A DNA stretch of 64,000 nt from the human T2T-CHM13v2.0 reference genome, Homo sapiens. Positions 15,170 to 29,095 of this stretch are shown piece after piece. The stretch is taken from NCBI RefSeq assembly GCF_009914755.1, contig NC_060938.1; one strand, 5' to 3'. The notes beneath the pieces are model-generated. The model was not told where the DNA came from and did not search any database. It worked only from the letters and a program-made list of their open reading frames with translations. The stretch's first letter is position 1, and each line of letters starts with the position of its first letter. A program made the translations under genes and the position numbers.

Positions 15170-15895
15170 TTTTATTTTATTTTTGAGACAGAGTCTTGCT
15201 TTGTTGCCCAGGCTGGAGTGTAGTGGAATGATCATGGCTCATTGCAGCCTTACCCTCCTGGGCTCAAACAATCCTCCCACCTCAGCCTCCCAAGTAGCCA
15301 GAACTATAGGCGTAACCACCATGCCCAGCTAATTTCTTTTTTTATGTGTAGAGGTGAGGTATTAGTTCATTCTTGCATTGCTATAAAGAAATATCTGATA
15401 CTGTGTAATTTATCAAGAAAAGAGGTTTAATTGTCTCAAGATTCTGCAAGCTGTACAGACAGCATGATGCTGGCATCTGCTAAGCTTCTTGGGAGGCCTC
15501 AGGAATTTTACAATAATGGCAGAAGGCTAAAAGGGAGGTTGCATGTCACATGGCAAAAGCAGGAGCAAGAGAGAAAAGAAAGGAAGCGCTACACCCTTTT
15601 AAATAATCAGATCTCATGAAAACTCACTATCATGAGGCCAGTACCAAGAGGAATGGTGCTAAGCCATTAATGAGAAATTCACCCCCATGATCCAATCACC
15701 TCCCACCAGGCCTCACCTCTAACATTGAGAATTAGATTTCAATATGAGATTTGTGTGGGGACATACATCCAAACTATGTTATATCAAATCTCACTATGTT
15801 GCCTAGGCTGGTGTCAAACTCCTGGACTCAAGCAATCTCCCACCTTCGCCTCCTAAAGTGCTGGAATTACAGGCAAGAGGCACTGTGCCTGCCCC
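15170..15895 (-). mobile_element. AluJ-like SINE split by an MST LTR
   Basis: Alu sequence to about 15357 (gtagaggtgag) resumes near 15788 (tctcactatgttgcctaggctgg); gggctcaaacaatcctccc is J-type. Confidence 0.8.
15359..15786 (-). mobile_element. MSTA-like MaLR solo LTR
   Basis: gtattagttcattcttgcattgctataaagaaata...gaggtttaattg...gcatctgc...ccaatcacctcccaccaggc...tatca. Confidence 0.8.
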
Positions 15896-16771
15896 TTCCA
15901 ACCCCCAACTATTATTGTTTTGCTATCAATTTATTTTCTTAGGCCTAATAGTATTTGTTTCATGAATCTGAGTGTTCCAGTGTTGGGTGCATATATATTT
16001 AGGATAGTTAAATCTTCTGGTTTTCAATCTTTTTCTTATAATCATATAATGCCTTTTTTTGTTGCCTGTTTTTAAACTTTTTTTTTTGGTGTAAAGTGTC
16101 TTTTGTCTGATATGAGAATGGATTTTTCTGCTTGCTTTTCTTTTCCATTTGTGCAAAATATATTTTTTCCATCCTTTTAGTTTAAGGTTGAATGTGTCTT
16201 TAGTTGGTAAGTGGGTTTCTTTTATATAGAAGATGGTTGAGTTGTCTTTTTAAAATCTGATTTGTCACCATGTATCTTTTAAGCAGGGCCTTTAGGCCAT
16301 TTATATTCAAGGTTAATATTGATATGTGAGATTTTGATCCTGACATAGTATTGTTAGCTAACTGTTTTGGAGTTTCAATTGTATAGTTGCTTTCTAGGAT
16401 CTGGGAGCTTTGTATTTATATATCCTTTTTCTGATTATTAGTATCATCCTTTTGTTTCCATATTTAGAGCTCTTTTGAGCATTTCTTCTAAGACCAGTCT
16501 AGTGGTGACAAATTATCTTAGCTAATGCTTGTCTGGGAAAGACTTTATTTCTCCTTCATTTATGAAGTTTAGTGGCATGATATAAAATTCTTGGATAATT
16601 TTTTTTCTTTATGGAGGCTAAAAATAGGTCCTTAATATGTTTTGGCTTGTAGGGCTTCTGCTGAGAAATTTGCTTTTAGTATGATCAGTTTTTCCTTGAA
16701 GGTAACTTGTTCCTTTTTCCTAGCTGCCTTTAAGATTTGTTCTTTAGCATTGACCTTGGATAGTCTAGTGA

Positions 16772-17200
<429 letters not shown>

Positions 17201-18024
17201 TAGCAAGATTAGGACATTTTCTTAAATTATTTCTTCAAATATGTTTTCCACATTGTTTACTTTTTCTTCTTCTCTCTCAGGAAGGCCAATAATTTGTAGG
17301 CTTGGTCACTTTACATAATCCCATATTTCTTGAAGGCTTTGTTCATTTTTCTAAACTTCTTTTTCTTTATTGTTGTCTGACAGAGTTAGTTCAAAAGATC
17401 AGTCTTTATACCCTAAAATTCTTTCTTCTGCTTGGTCTAGTCTATTGATAAAGCTTTTACTTGTATTTTGCAATTCCTTTAGTGTTTTTTTTAACTCCAC
17501 TAGTTCTGGTTAATTTTTTTAAAAATTCTTATCCTTTTTTTAATTTCCTGGATTGCTTTAGTATTTGGTTAGTGTTGATTTTCAACCTTTTCTTGGATCT
17601 TTTTAAGTTTCCTTGTAATTCATACTTTGAATTCTTTATCTGTCATTTCTGAGTATCCATTTTCATTAGGGCCCATTGCTGGAGAGCTATTGTGGTCCCT
17701 TGGTGGTGTCACAACATTCAGATTTTTTATGGTGCCAGAATTTTTACACTGGTTCCTTCTCATCAGGAGAGACTGCCACTTCTGATTTTTAAATTTATTT
17801 TCATATAGATAAGATTTTTTTTCTTGCCCTATTTTTCTCTCTCTCCTTTCCCCCCACCTCCCTGCAGGGTGAGACTGTAGAATATGTTGTGTGAGGTCTT
17901 TTGGCTTTGCTTCTATAGCCCTATGCACTTCTGCTGGCTCATTTTATATTGGGTTGTGCAGTTTGACCTATAGGAGCTTACAGGTAAGAGACAGCTGTGG
18001 CACAAACAAAAGAGTACATATTTA

Positions 18025-19095
18025 TGTTAGTCCATTTTCACATTACTATAAATAACTATCATAGACAGAGTAACTTATGAAGAAAAGAGGTTTAATTGAC
18101 TCACAGTTCTGCAGGCTTAACAGGAAGAATGGGAGATCTCAGGAAACTTACAATCATGACAGAAGGCAAAGGGGAAGCAAGGACCTTCTTCATATGGTAG
18201 CAGGTGAGAGACAGAGAAAGAGAGAGAGAGAGGAGGGATATGCTGTAACCAACCAATGGGTTCATGTTGCCTGCTGCCTAGACACAGCCAATTTCTCAAG
18301 ACAGGGGAATTGCAATAGAGAAGGAGTAATTCATGCAGAGTTAGTTGTGTGGGAGACTGGAGTTTTATTATTACTCAAATCAGTCTCCCCAGGCATTCAG
18401 GGAGCAGAGTTTTTAAGGGCAACTTAGTGGATTGAGGGGAGTCAGTGATCCAGGAGTGCTGACTGGTTCAGTATAAAATCATAGTGAGTCGAAGCTGTCT
18501 TCTTACACTGAGTCAGTTCCTGGGTGAGGGCCACAAGATCAGATGAGCCAGTTTATCAATCCAGGTGGTGCCAGCTGATCTATCAAGTGCAGGGTCTGCA
18601 AAATATCTCAAGCAATGACCTTAGGAACAGTTTAGGGAGGGTCAGAAACTTGTAGCCTCCAGCTGCATAACTCCTAAACCTCCAATTTTTAATCTTGTGT
18701 CCTACAAAGGCAATCTAGTCCCCGGCCAAGAAGGTCTAATCTGGGAGAGGACTGTTATCATCTTTGTTTTAAACTATAAACTGCAAACTAGTTTCTCCAA
18801 AAGTTAGCTCTGCCTATGCCCAGGAATGAACAAGGACATTTTGGAGGTTAGAAGCAAGATGCAGTCAGTTAAGTTAGATCTCTTTCACTGTCTAAGTCAC
18901 AATTTTGCAATGGCAGTTTCAATGCCACACTTTTAAACCATCAGATCTTGTGAGAACTCACTCACTATCATGAGAACAACATGGGGGAAATCTGCCCCCA
19001 TGATTGAATCACCTCCCACCTGGTCCCTCCCCTGACACATGGGGATTATAATTTGACATGAGATTTGGGTGGGGACACAGAGCAAAACCACATCA
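18025..19095 (-). mobile_element. THE1 (THE1D-like) MaLR LTR split by LTR8
   Basis: gaggtttaattgactcacagttctgcaggcttaacagg...aaacttacaatcatg; resumes after 18925 with ccatcagatcttgtgagaactcactcactatcatgagaac. Confidence 0.8.
18244..18921 (-). mobile_element. LTR8 (ERV1) solo LTR
   Basis: Minus strand starts TGAAACTGCCATTGCAAAATTGTGACTTAGACAGTGAAAGAGATCTAACTTAAC; TG...CA ends; 4-bp TSD atgc. Confidence 0.85.
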
Positions 19096-21631
19096 GTACT
19101 TGATCTTCATTTATTGTGAGGTGCTCTGTGTTGTTTCTAGTGACAGGCTAGACAGTGGAGGGCTAGGCACCCTGAGCTTTCTTTTCCATGGGGTCAGGGG
19201 CCACACCTTGGCAGAGCTGGACCCCCCTGCTTGCCCACAAATACACCAATGGCAATTATGGGCACCAGCCCTGGTGAAGGTGGCTGAGGGGAGCTTCTGA
19301 TAAAATGCTCTGTCTGTGTGGGGGCTGAGGGGGATTGCACCATCTCCATGTCCTAGATAGAAGGAACATTATCTGTTTCCCTATCATGCCCTGTCCTGGG
19401 GCTTGTGATTCCCAGTTCAGATGCACACTGTAGTCTATCCCCAGAATACAATGTGGTGGAGAGCCATGGGAAATACCTATCTTGTAACTCTCTATGGGAG
19501 TGGTTTGGGGGTGGAACTTCTTCACTCTGCCCAATACAGATAGCTTTATGGCTCACCTGTTCTCTTATATAGTAATGCTGCTGCTTCATGGGGATGGGGC
19601 AGGGCTCCACCTTTGGGCACATGTGGGTGGGTGTTGGTTGTGGTGATGTTGACTGGTTGGATCAGCCTGACCTCAGACCCTGGGGAAATGGTCAGGTGCC
19701 AGTAGTGTTGGAATGGGCTAAGTAATTCCCTAGTTCCCAGGCCTCTAGGTGGCCCACTGGATAGTGTGTACGAGTCCTGAAGGGGCTGGACCTAAGTCAG
19801 GTTAACCCAGAGTTCAGGTGCTGGCTGTGATGGGGAGAGGCAGGCTAGTCCCTTGATCACTGGCAGAACTCTCAGGTGAGGGCAGGTGGAACCTTTAGGC
19901 AGTGGAAGCCCAAGGGAAGATCATGTGCCTGTGGGGTTGGGTTTTCTGAAGTGATCTGGGCCACAGCTGAAATGCTCAGGAGGGGTGGGCATCTGTGCTG
20001 TGGGCATTTCACTGGTGAGGGCAGGATTCTTCAGCTGGGACAATGGAGATCGGCAGCTGTGGGGAGCATGGCACACTTGCATTTTCCTCTCACACAAGTG
20101 GCACTGGATTTCACTGTTAGGGACAAGCAAAAGTGCCAAACCTCCTTGATCCCATGCTGGCCTAGGGGTGGAAGAGGTGGAGGCAGTGGTAGGGGTGAAG
20201 GCAGTGGTAGTGACAACTGTGAAAAGCTTGTTGCTGACCTCAGAGGAACTGAGGGCTTTCAGAGGAACTGAGATGTGGCCTTAGTGTTCAGGTGGGGGCA
20301 GGGTGGGTGTGTTGGGGGCTGGAAGCCAGTGAGTCCTATTCTCCAGGGAGCAGCAGAGGCAGGGGTTTATGGACCATGCAGCAGCCCACTGCTCATCCAT
20401 ATCTCAGCTGTGCTGTTCATGCTGGAGGTGTAGGAAGGTACTCTGCTTCCTTGTTCCCTCCTTGACCTGGGGTTGGTAGAGACAGAGGCAGTAGTGATCA
20501 CAAAAGGCCTGCCAACCACCTGTGAGAACTCCTGTGGGAGTTATGTAATCAGGAACAGAGAGCTGTGGCTACAGTGATCAGGTGTGGGTGGGGTGGGTGT
20601 GCTGGAGGCTGGAAGGTGGAAACCCCATTTGGCAGAGAGCAGTGGAGGCAGCAAGTTGTTGGGGCATAGTATGCCCACTGCTTCTTTACATCTCCATTAT
20701 GGTGTCTAGTGCTAGAGGTCTGCAAATGTGCCCTACCTCCTTGATCCCCCCATAGGGGGTGGGGAAAGTGCCAGCAGAGATTGTAAAAGGCTTGTCAGCT
20801 ACCTCTGGGAGTTTTGCTCCCAGAGGAATGCAGAGATGTGACCACAGTGTTCAAGTGGGGGCGGGGCAGCTGTGCTGGGGGCCTAAACCTGTGAGCACCC
20901 CCTGGTGAGAAGCAGTGGAGGGGAAGTGTCACATGGTATGCAGTCTCGCTGCTCCTCAGTACCTGGGCTATAACATCTATCCAATGGACATGCAAAAGTA
21001 CCTTGCTTCCCTTCTTGGCAGGGCAGTGGCAGCTGGCACCAGGCTGTTCAGGGATCAAAGTCCAGTGAAATTCCATGTGGGCTTGAGCAGTGACTCTGCA
21101 TAGACTCCAGGTGGCTCTCTGTGTTGGTCTGGAGGGTGGGGTAAGGGTGTATAGGGGACTTTCCTGTGCTCAGGATTACAAATGTCAATGGCAGAAGTGT
21201 GGATCCCCAGGGGACTCTCACTCACTCACTCTTTTCCTTTGTTAGGGAGATTCCCCCAGCTCTGCATGGTCCTGGGTGGGCAGTTACTTGGCTTCATGGC
21301 TTCACTCCTCTCTGTTCTCCATGTGTCCACTTGCTTCTCTGGTGAATCTCAGCAAGATCTCTTAGGTGATCCTAAGACTTAGTATTCACTTGCCACTTTG
21401 TTTATTCTCCATGAGATGGAATGCACTAGGTGCTTCTAGTCAGCCATCTTGAACCAGAACCTCCTTTAATTCCAAAACACGTTTTTCTTTAGTTATTTCA
21501 ATATATTTTAGTATTTACTTTGAAGTGTTTGTTTGATAAATCTGTCATTTGTGACATTTTATCAATAATTTCTATCGATTATTTTTCTTCCTGTGTCTGA
21601 GTCAGTTTCCTTTTTTGGGCGGGTGGGACAT

Positions 21632-22108
21632 TGTGGAGGCCTGTCCTGCAGATCTTGACTCAGTGATGGATGAATAACGTACACTGGCACAGATATTCTG
21701 CTTTGCCAGTCCGGCTGAGTGTCCGGGCCACTTACAGACTCCAAGAAGAGTGCTGTAAAGAGTCAGCAGCCAGCAAGACTTGCATTTATTTAGTAAAGAT
21801 TAATTGACAAAGGCTTGAGTCAACACCACTAGAGGGTAATTGACATTGCAGACTTCTCAAGTAGAAAGGAATTAAGCACCCATGGTAGAACAAGTGTTAG
21901 TCTTAGGACCACATGAGTAAACAAGCTAGTTAGACAAAATCCCCCACATTCCCTTGTATTTACTTTTGTTTATCTAATTAAAGGTAAAGGGACTAGGCTG
22001 CCTTCAGCCAGATCTGTTACCAAAGTTTTGCAAACTCTCAGACCTTTCAAGAGGGTTTGTAGCTATTATAACTAAAATTTTTCCCACCAGCCTGACTGAA
22101 TCCTCACA
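21632..22108 (-). mobile_element. LTR22-like (HERV-K HML-5) solo LTR
   Basis: Minus strand TGTGAGGATTCAGTCAGGCTGGTGGGAAAAATTTTAG; TG...CA ends; 6-bp TSD ggacat (21626-21631 and 22109-22114), typical of ERVK. Confidence 0.8.
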
Positions 22109-23033
22109 GGACATCTCTTTTTTGTTGTTTAAAGTTATACATTTTAGACAATATATTATAGCAACTCCTGATTCTTTTCTCTTTCTCTCTGAGAAGTTAT
22201 TGTTGCTGCTATTACTGTTTGTATTATTTTTATTTGTTTAGTGACCTAACAAGGCTAATTCTGTAAAATCTGTTTCCCTGAAATATACGGCTGCCAGTGA
22301 CTCTGTTAGGGTTTTTCTTGTTGCTAGTTCTTCTTCTTATATTTAATCTTGGTGTACTAGAGGTCACTTCTGGTTGAACATGGTTAATGGTCACTCAATG
22401 ATTAGAGAGGTTATGCTGCATTATCTTGAGCCACTCAGTTTTTCATCTTTTGTCAATGACAGGCAGTTTAGAAGTTGTTCCAGCTTTTACTTTCATCCAC
22501 ACATCCTTGTGTCTATGCTGCTTATGTGCAAGGCTTTGTATTCATCCAGGGACAAGTAGATACTTATGGGTTTCCCTGACTTCTGAGCATTCATGCAGTC
22601 TTGTGCATGTGCATAACTGTTTGAACTTTCAGGGATATGTGGAAACTTATCAAGGCTCAGCATCACTATTTCATTTCTCCAACCTCTCTAGTAAATATCT
22701 CATAAGTGTGCCAGTTTCCTGCTTGTTCTATCCAATATGTCAATATTAGGCTAACCCCAATGCTGAATTTCATGACATTTTGACACTAAGATCATTATTA
22801 TTTTAGACAATACCCCAGGCATGTGCTTTTCTGTTTCCAGCTCTAAATTACATCAGCCACCTCTGGCAGAAAAGCAGCTGACTTCCACCACTTTCCCCAC
22901 CCTGCTGGAACTATTATGCTGAAGGAGTTTGTTGGGGTAGTGATAATGCAAGAAGCCATAGGCTAAGATAAGATACTGCTGTTCTTATCTGATATTCATT
23001 AGGTTTTCACAAATACAGGTTTCCCTTTCTTTT

Positions 23034-23411
23034 TGTCTTAATGTCAATTTGGACAGCCATCACAAAGTAGCATAGACTAGGTGGTTTATAAGCAACAGAA
23101 ATTATTTCTCATAGTTTTGAAGGCTGGAAGCCTGAGATCAGACTGCCAGTCTGGATGGGTTCTGGTGAGTGCCCTCTTTCAGGTTGCAAGCCATCAACTT
23201 CTCCTTATATCCTCATGTGGCAGAAAGAGAGCTAGAAATCTCTCTAAAGTATTTTTTACAAAGGCACTGATCCCATCCATGAGGGGTCCACCCTCATGAC
23301 CTGATTTATCTCCAAAAGTCTCCATTTCCTAATACCACCTCATTGGAGGTTAGGATTTCAACATATAGATTGTAGGTTGGTAGGGGGGACACAAACATTC
23401 AGTTCCTAACA
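23034..23411 (-). mobile_element. MLT1A-like MaLR solo LTR
   Basis: tgtctta...catagactaggtggtttataagcaacagaaattatttctcatagttttgaaggctggaag...cacaaacattcagttcctaaca. Confidence 0.8.
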
Positions 23412-23689
23412 GTCAATATCCAGGATTCTGAAATAGTTGTTTCCAACCACTTTTTTTTTCCAGTTTATTATTACTTTTGTTAGGAAAGACTTGATTGAAT
23501 TCCTTACTCTTTCATTTCAAAATTAGGTCTTGCCTTTCTATAAATTATGTACACTCCAGATGGAGGCACACTTCAAAGATAAAAATCTTAAAATGGTACT
23601 TCCTTTAATAATGCAAAGTTTCTCCCTCTGGATGGCTTTCTCTATTATTAAGATAAATTCCAAATTATGTAATTTTTTTTTTTAAGATT

Positions 23690-24216
23690 TTAACCTTTTT
23701 TTTCTCTTTTTTTTTTAATTATACTTTAAGTTTTAGGGTACATGTGCACATTGTGCAGGTTAGTTACCTATGTATACATGTGCCATGCTGGTGCGCTGCA
23801 CCCACTAACTCATCATCTAGCATTAGGTATATCTCCCGATGCTATCCCTCCCCCCTCCCCCCACCCCACAACAGTCCCCAGAGTGTGATATTCCCCTTCC
23901 TGTGTCCATGTGATCTCATTGTTCAATTCCCACCTATGAGTGAGAATATGCGGTGTTTGGTTTTTTGTTCTTGCGATAGTTTACTGAGAATGATGATTTC
24001 CAATTTCATCCATGTCCCTATAAAGGACATGAACTCATCATTTTTTATGGCTGCATAGTATTCCATGGTGTATATGTGCCACATTTTCTTAATCCAGTCT
24101 ATCATTGTTGGACATTTGGGTTGGTTCCAAGTCTTTGCTATTGTGAATAATGCCGCAATAAACATACGTGTGCATGTGTCTTTATAGCAACATGATTTAT
24201 AGTCCTTTGGGTATAT
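23690..24216 (-). mobile_element. 5'-truncated young L1 (L1PA2-like), about 520 bp
   Basis: Near-consensus L1 3'UTR (gtgcgctgcacccactaactcatcatctagcatt; GAG rather than Ta ACA diagnostic); ORF2 C-terminus in ORF 23923-24165; probable TSD tatgtaat. Confidence 0.9.
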
Positions 24217-25224
24217 ATGTAATATTTTTAAGCTAGATAAATCTTATGTACTCTAGATTTAAGCTATATTTGTTCTAGTTTTTAAACTTTGCACCTCTCA
24301 CCAAATAACTTTTACCTCTTGACATACAGATACTGTTTTTTTTTTTTCCCTCTGCTTAAAACTTCCTTGTCTAGAAACATAATCATACATTTAACCTGGC
24401 TAAATCTGACTCTCTTTATGTATAAGCAGAGACCTTCCACACATTTTTAAAATATAATAAAACCTTCCATACCACCCTCTACTTCCCCTATGAAAAAAAA
24501 CAAGTATAATTTTACTTTAATTATTTGTCAAGGTATGTGCTTTCTGCCTTAGAATATAAATTCTATAAAGTCAGGACCTGCTATCTTGTACCTCAATGAA
24601 TTTCCAACTCCTAGTTTAGTATATGTAAACTAGAGTTCCTTGATCATTCAATGAAGAAATGCAGTTATGTGCTGTTACAAAGTGATTTCAAATTAACCAG
24701 GCATTGAACACAAAAAGCTTGTAACAGGACAAGTAAGCCATGACAGAAGGCATAATTGTAGTTAAGAATAAAAGTTATTTTTTAAGCTTCCTAATTTGGA
24801 CGTTTAAAATATATACAAAATATGATAATGTGCTCACATGCTCCCATCTGTGTATTTATACCCAGGTTTCATAGTTATCAACATATGTCTAGTCTTTTCT
24901 TTTTTCCTATGATTTCAAGTAAAATTGCTAAGTACAAGGGTCAATTGCACACATATTTTGTAGACATTGCCAAATACACTTCCTTTTTATTGCATTCTCA
25001 TTTATATGAGAGTACCTCATATATATGAGTACCTCATAGACTTCTCAAGAGAGTACATTGAAATTTTAGATTTTTGTCAATGTAATATATGAAAAATTAT
25101 ATTTCAGTGTAGTTCTACTTTTAAACCAGAAGTTCTTAAAATTCCCCATCAAAACCCTCACAAAATTGCTCTTGGTTCCTGAGAAGAATGAGTAAGAGGA
25201 TTGGCATGGTGAAGAAAGACTCTC

Positions 25225-28200
25225 TGTTCAGGCTTTCCTGTGCATTTTGCTGCTAAAGCATGGCTTTCTCAAAACACTGTTATAATAAACAGATGTTACC
25301 ATTCTTTGGCCCCCCCCCCAGAAAGTCAACAAACAAAATTCCTTGAGAATCCAAAAATTCTGTTGCCATAACCTTTGTTTTTGACTGGACAACTTTGATT
25401 GTACCAATACTATCTCTTGGTAGTCATTCTTTTGATTGTGCTGTGTCTTTGGGATCATACTGGTAAAGCCATGTTTCATGTTCTGTTACAATTCTTCAAA
25501 GAAATATTTCAGGATCTTGATCCCACTTGATATAGTTTGGATGTTTGTCCCCTCCAAATCTCATGTCTAAATGTGATTTCCAATGTTGGAGGTAGGGCTT
25601 GGTTGGAGGTGATTGAATCAGGAGGTGAGTCCCTCATGAATGTCTTAGTAGCATCCCCTTGATGATAAGTGAGTTTTCGTTCAGTGAGATCTGGTTGTTT
25701 AAGAATCTGAGACTCCTCTTTCTCTTTCTTGCTCCTGTTTTTGCCATGTGATGCACTTTCTCCCCACTTGTCCTCTGTCATGATTGTAAGCTCCTGAGGC
25801 CCTCATCAGAAGCAGATGCTGGCACCATTCTTCCTACCAGTTAAGGAACTGTGATCAATTAAGCCCCTTTTCTTTATAAATTACCCAGTCTCAGGTATTT
25901 CCTTATAGCAATTCAAGAATGACCTAATACAAAATTGGTAATGAGGAGTGGGACGTTGCTATAAGGATACTTGAAAATGTAGAAGTAGCTTTGGAACTGG
26001 ATAATGGGCAAAGTTTGAAAAAGTTTGGAGGGCTCTGAAGAAGACAGGAAGATGAAGGAAAGTTTGGAACTTCTTAGAGACTGGTTAAATAGTTGTGACC
26101 AAGATACTAATAGAAATATGGACAGTGAAGACCACACTGATGAGGTCTCAGATAGAAATGAGAGTTTTGGGGAACTGGAGTAAAGGTCACTCATGTTACA
26201 CCATAGCAAAGAACTTGTTTGCATTGTGTTCATGTTCTAGGGATCTGTGGAAGTTTTAACTTAAGAGTGATTACTTAGGGTATCTAATGGAAGAAATTTC
26301 TAAGTAGTAAAACATTCAAGATGTGGCCTGGTTGCTTATAACAGCCTATGGTCAGATATGAGAAAAAAGAAATAAATTTAGATGTATTTAAAAGGGAAGC
26401 AGAGTGTAAAACTCTGAAATATTTTTAGCCTGGACATGTGGCAGAGAAAGAATCCAATCCAAGCAGGCTGTAGGGCAATCACTTGCTAGAGAGACTAGCA
26501 TGACTAAAGGGCAGCCAAGTGCCAATACTCAAGACAATGGGAAAAAGGCTCCAAATGTATTTATTTCAGAGATCTTGGAGACAGCCCCTCCCATCATAGG
26601 GACAGAGGCTTAGGAGGAAAGAACGATTTCAGGGGCCAGGCCCAAGATGGCACTGCTCTGCTCAGCCTCAAGACACTGCTCCCACATTCCGGCTGCTTCA
26701 GTTCCAGCCGCAGTTCAAAGGGTCACAGGTACAGCTTGGGCTGCTCCTTCACAGGGTGCAAGCTGTAATCCTTGGTGCCTTCTATGTGGTGTTAATCCTG
26801 CATGTACACAGAAGAATACTGTGGCAAGGGTGAAAAAGGTTTGGCAGCTTCCACCTGTGTTTCAGGGGGTATATGAGGAAGCCTCTATTCCCAGGCAGAA
26901 GCTTGCCACAGGGGAGGAGACTTCACAGGGAACCTTTACCGGGGCAATGCTGAGGGGGCAATGTGGGGTTGGAGTCCCCACACAGAGTCCCCACTGGGGC
27001 ACTGCCTAGTGGAGCTGTGGGAGGGGGGACACCACTCTCTAGACCCCAGAATGGTCAATTCACCTGCAGCTTGCACACTGTGCCTGGAAAAGCCACAGGC
27101 ACTTAACTCCAACTTGTGAGAGCAGCCATGGGGACTGCAACCTGCAAGGCTACATAGGCAGAGTTTCTCAAGGCCTTAAGAGTCCACCCTTTGCATCAAT
27201 ATGTTCTGGATGTGGGAAATGGAGTCAAAGGAGATTATTTTGGAGCTTTCATATTTAATGACTGCCCTGCTGGTTTTCAGACTTGCATGGGACCTATTAT
27301 CCTTTTCTTTTAGCCAATTTTTCTCTTTCAGAATAGTAATGTTTACCTAATGCTTGTACTACTATTAGAGCTTGGGAGTAAATAACTTCTTTTGATTTTA
27401 GAGGCTCATAGGTGAAAGGAGATGAGTCTCAGATGAGACTTAAGACTTTGGATTTGATATTGGAACGAGTTAAGACGTTGGGGGACTGTTAGTAAGAGAT
27501 GATTATTTTGTGATGTGAAAAAGACATGAGATTGGGAGGGCCAGGGGTAGAATGATATGGTTTACATATTTTTCCCCCCCAGATCTCATGTCGAAATGTG
27601 ATCCCCAGTGTCGGAGGTGGTGCTTGGTGGGAGGTGTTTAGATCATGGGGGCGGGTCCCTTATGCATGGCTTTAGCACCATCCATTTGGTAATGAGTCGG
27701 TTCCCACGAGAACTGGTTGTTCAAAAGCATGTGGCATCTTCCTGCTCCCCTTGCTTCTGCTCTCACAATGCGATGTGCCTGCTTCCCCTTTACCTTTTGC
27801 CGTGGTTGTAAGCTTCCTGAAGTTCTTACTAGAAGCTGAGCAGATGCTTATGCTATGTTTGTACAGCCTGCAGAACCATGAGCCAATTAAACTTCTTTTT
27901 AAAATTAATTACCCAGTCTCAGGTATTGCTTTACAGTAATGCAATAACCTACTAATATATACTTGTTTAAAATTGCCATTGAAAGCTCTGCTCTCATCTG
28001 CAGCTGATCTGGGCACAATGGTTTTGACACCCATTGGGCAATAAGATTGCTCAACTTTAATTTTTCAGTCGGAGTTGTGTAAGCTGAACCACTTGAGATG
28101 CTTACAGTGTTGACTATTGTTTGTGCGGTTAATAATCAGTCCACTTCAATTAGGGCTGAACAACATGAATTTTTTGCTCACAAATTGATATGGATGGTCT

Positions 28201-28570
28201 GCCATTGCGGGCGTCTTCTTCAACATCATCTAATTCCTTCTTGAAACAAGTTATCCATTTGCAAATACTTGATTTCTTTGGGCCATTGTACCTATAAGTT
28301 TTTAGTAAAGTTTCAATTATTTCACCATTCTTCCATTTTAGCTTCATCATAAATTTGATGTGTATTCTTGCTTCAATTTTAGCAGAATTCTTGTTGCTCT
28401 CATAGGACTTCTTTTCAAATTGATGTCTTATCCTTCTTAGTGCCTCAAACTAGATCCTGTTCAGATATATTATAAAAAAGTTATTATTAATTTATTTTGG
28501 TGCAAAAATTTGAAATACATCCATAGTCATTTTATATTTATTTTACATGAATCTTTTGAAGACCCTTCAT
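25225..28570 (-). mobile_element. HSMAR2 mariner transposon remnant interrupted by an MST element
   Basis: ORF 28150-28350 MKLKWKNGEIIETL...DDVEEDARNGRPSISICE matches the Hsmar2 HTH region; WLYQYDP catalytic-region remnant near 25470; TIR-like tatgaagggtcttcaaaagattcatgtaaaa near 28540-28570. Confidence 0.85.
25528..27959 (+). mobile_element. Complete MST (MSTA/B) MaLR: LTR - internal - LTR
   Basis: 5' LTR 25528-25931 (tgatatagtttgg...ctaataca); internal region starts aaattggtaatgaggagtggg and ends with polypurine tract gggagggccaggggtagaa; 3' LTR 27553-27959. Confidence 0.85.
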
Positions 28571-28571
28571 A

Positions 28572-29095
28572 TACATACAATGAAATACTATTCATCCTTA
28601 AAAAAGAAGAAAATACTATCATTTGAAAAAACATGGATGAAACTGGAGGGCATTATGTTAAGTAAAATAAAGTAGGCACAAAATGACAAACACTGCATGA
28701 TTTCACTTATATATGAACTGTAAAATTTGAACTCAGAGTAACGAAGTAAAATGGTGGTCACCAGAGGATGGGGGGGTGGGACAATTGGGGAGATGTTGGT
28801 CAAAGAACATAAAATTTAACTAGACAGGAGGACTATATTTAAGAGATCCATTATACTTCATAGTGACTACCGTTAATGACAGTATATTGCATATTTGAAA
28901 ATTTCTAAGAAAGTAGATTTTAAGTGGTACTCATCATAGAAAACAAATGCTAAGTATGTGAGGTAATGCCCGTGATAAATAGCTTGATTTAGCCATTATG
29001 CATTGTACACAAATATCAAAACATCATGTTGTACAATAAAAATATATAGAATTTTTATTTGTCAATTAAAAAATAAGTTCTTGAAATAAAAAAAC
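28572..29095 (+). mobile_element. L1MA-type 3' end
   Basis: acatggatgaaactggagggcattatgttaagt...gtatgtgaggtaatg...agcttgatttagccatt...tcaattaaaaaataa. Confidence 0.7.
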
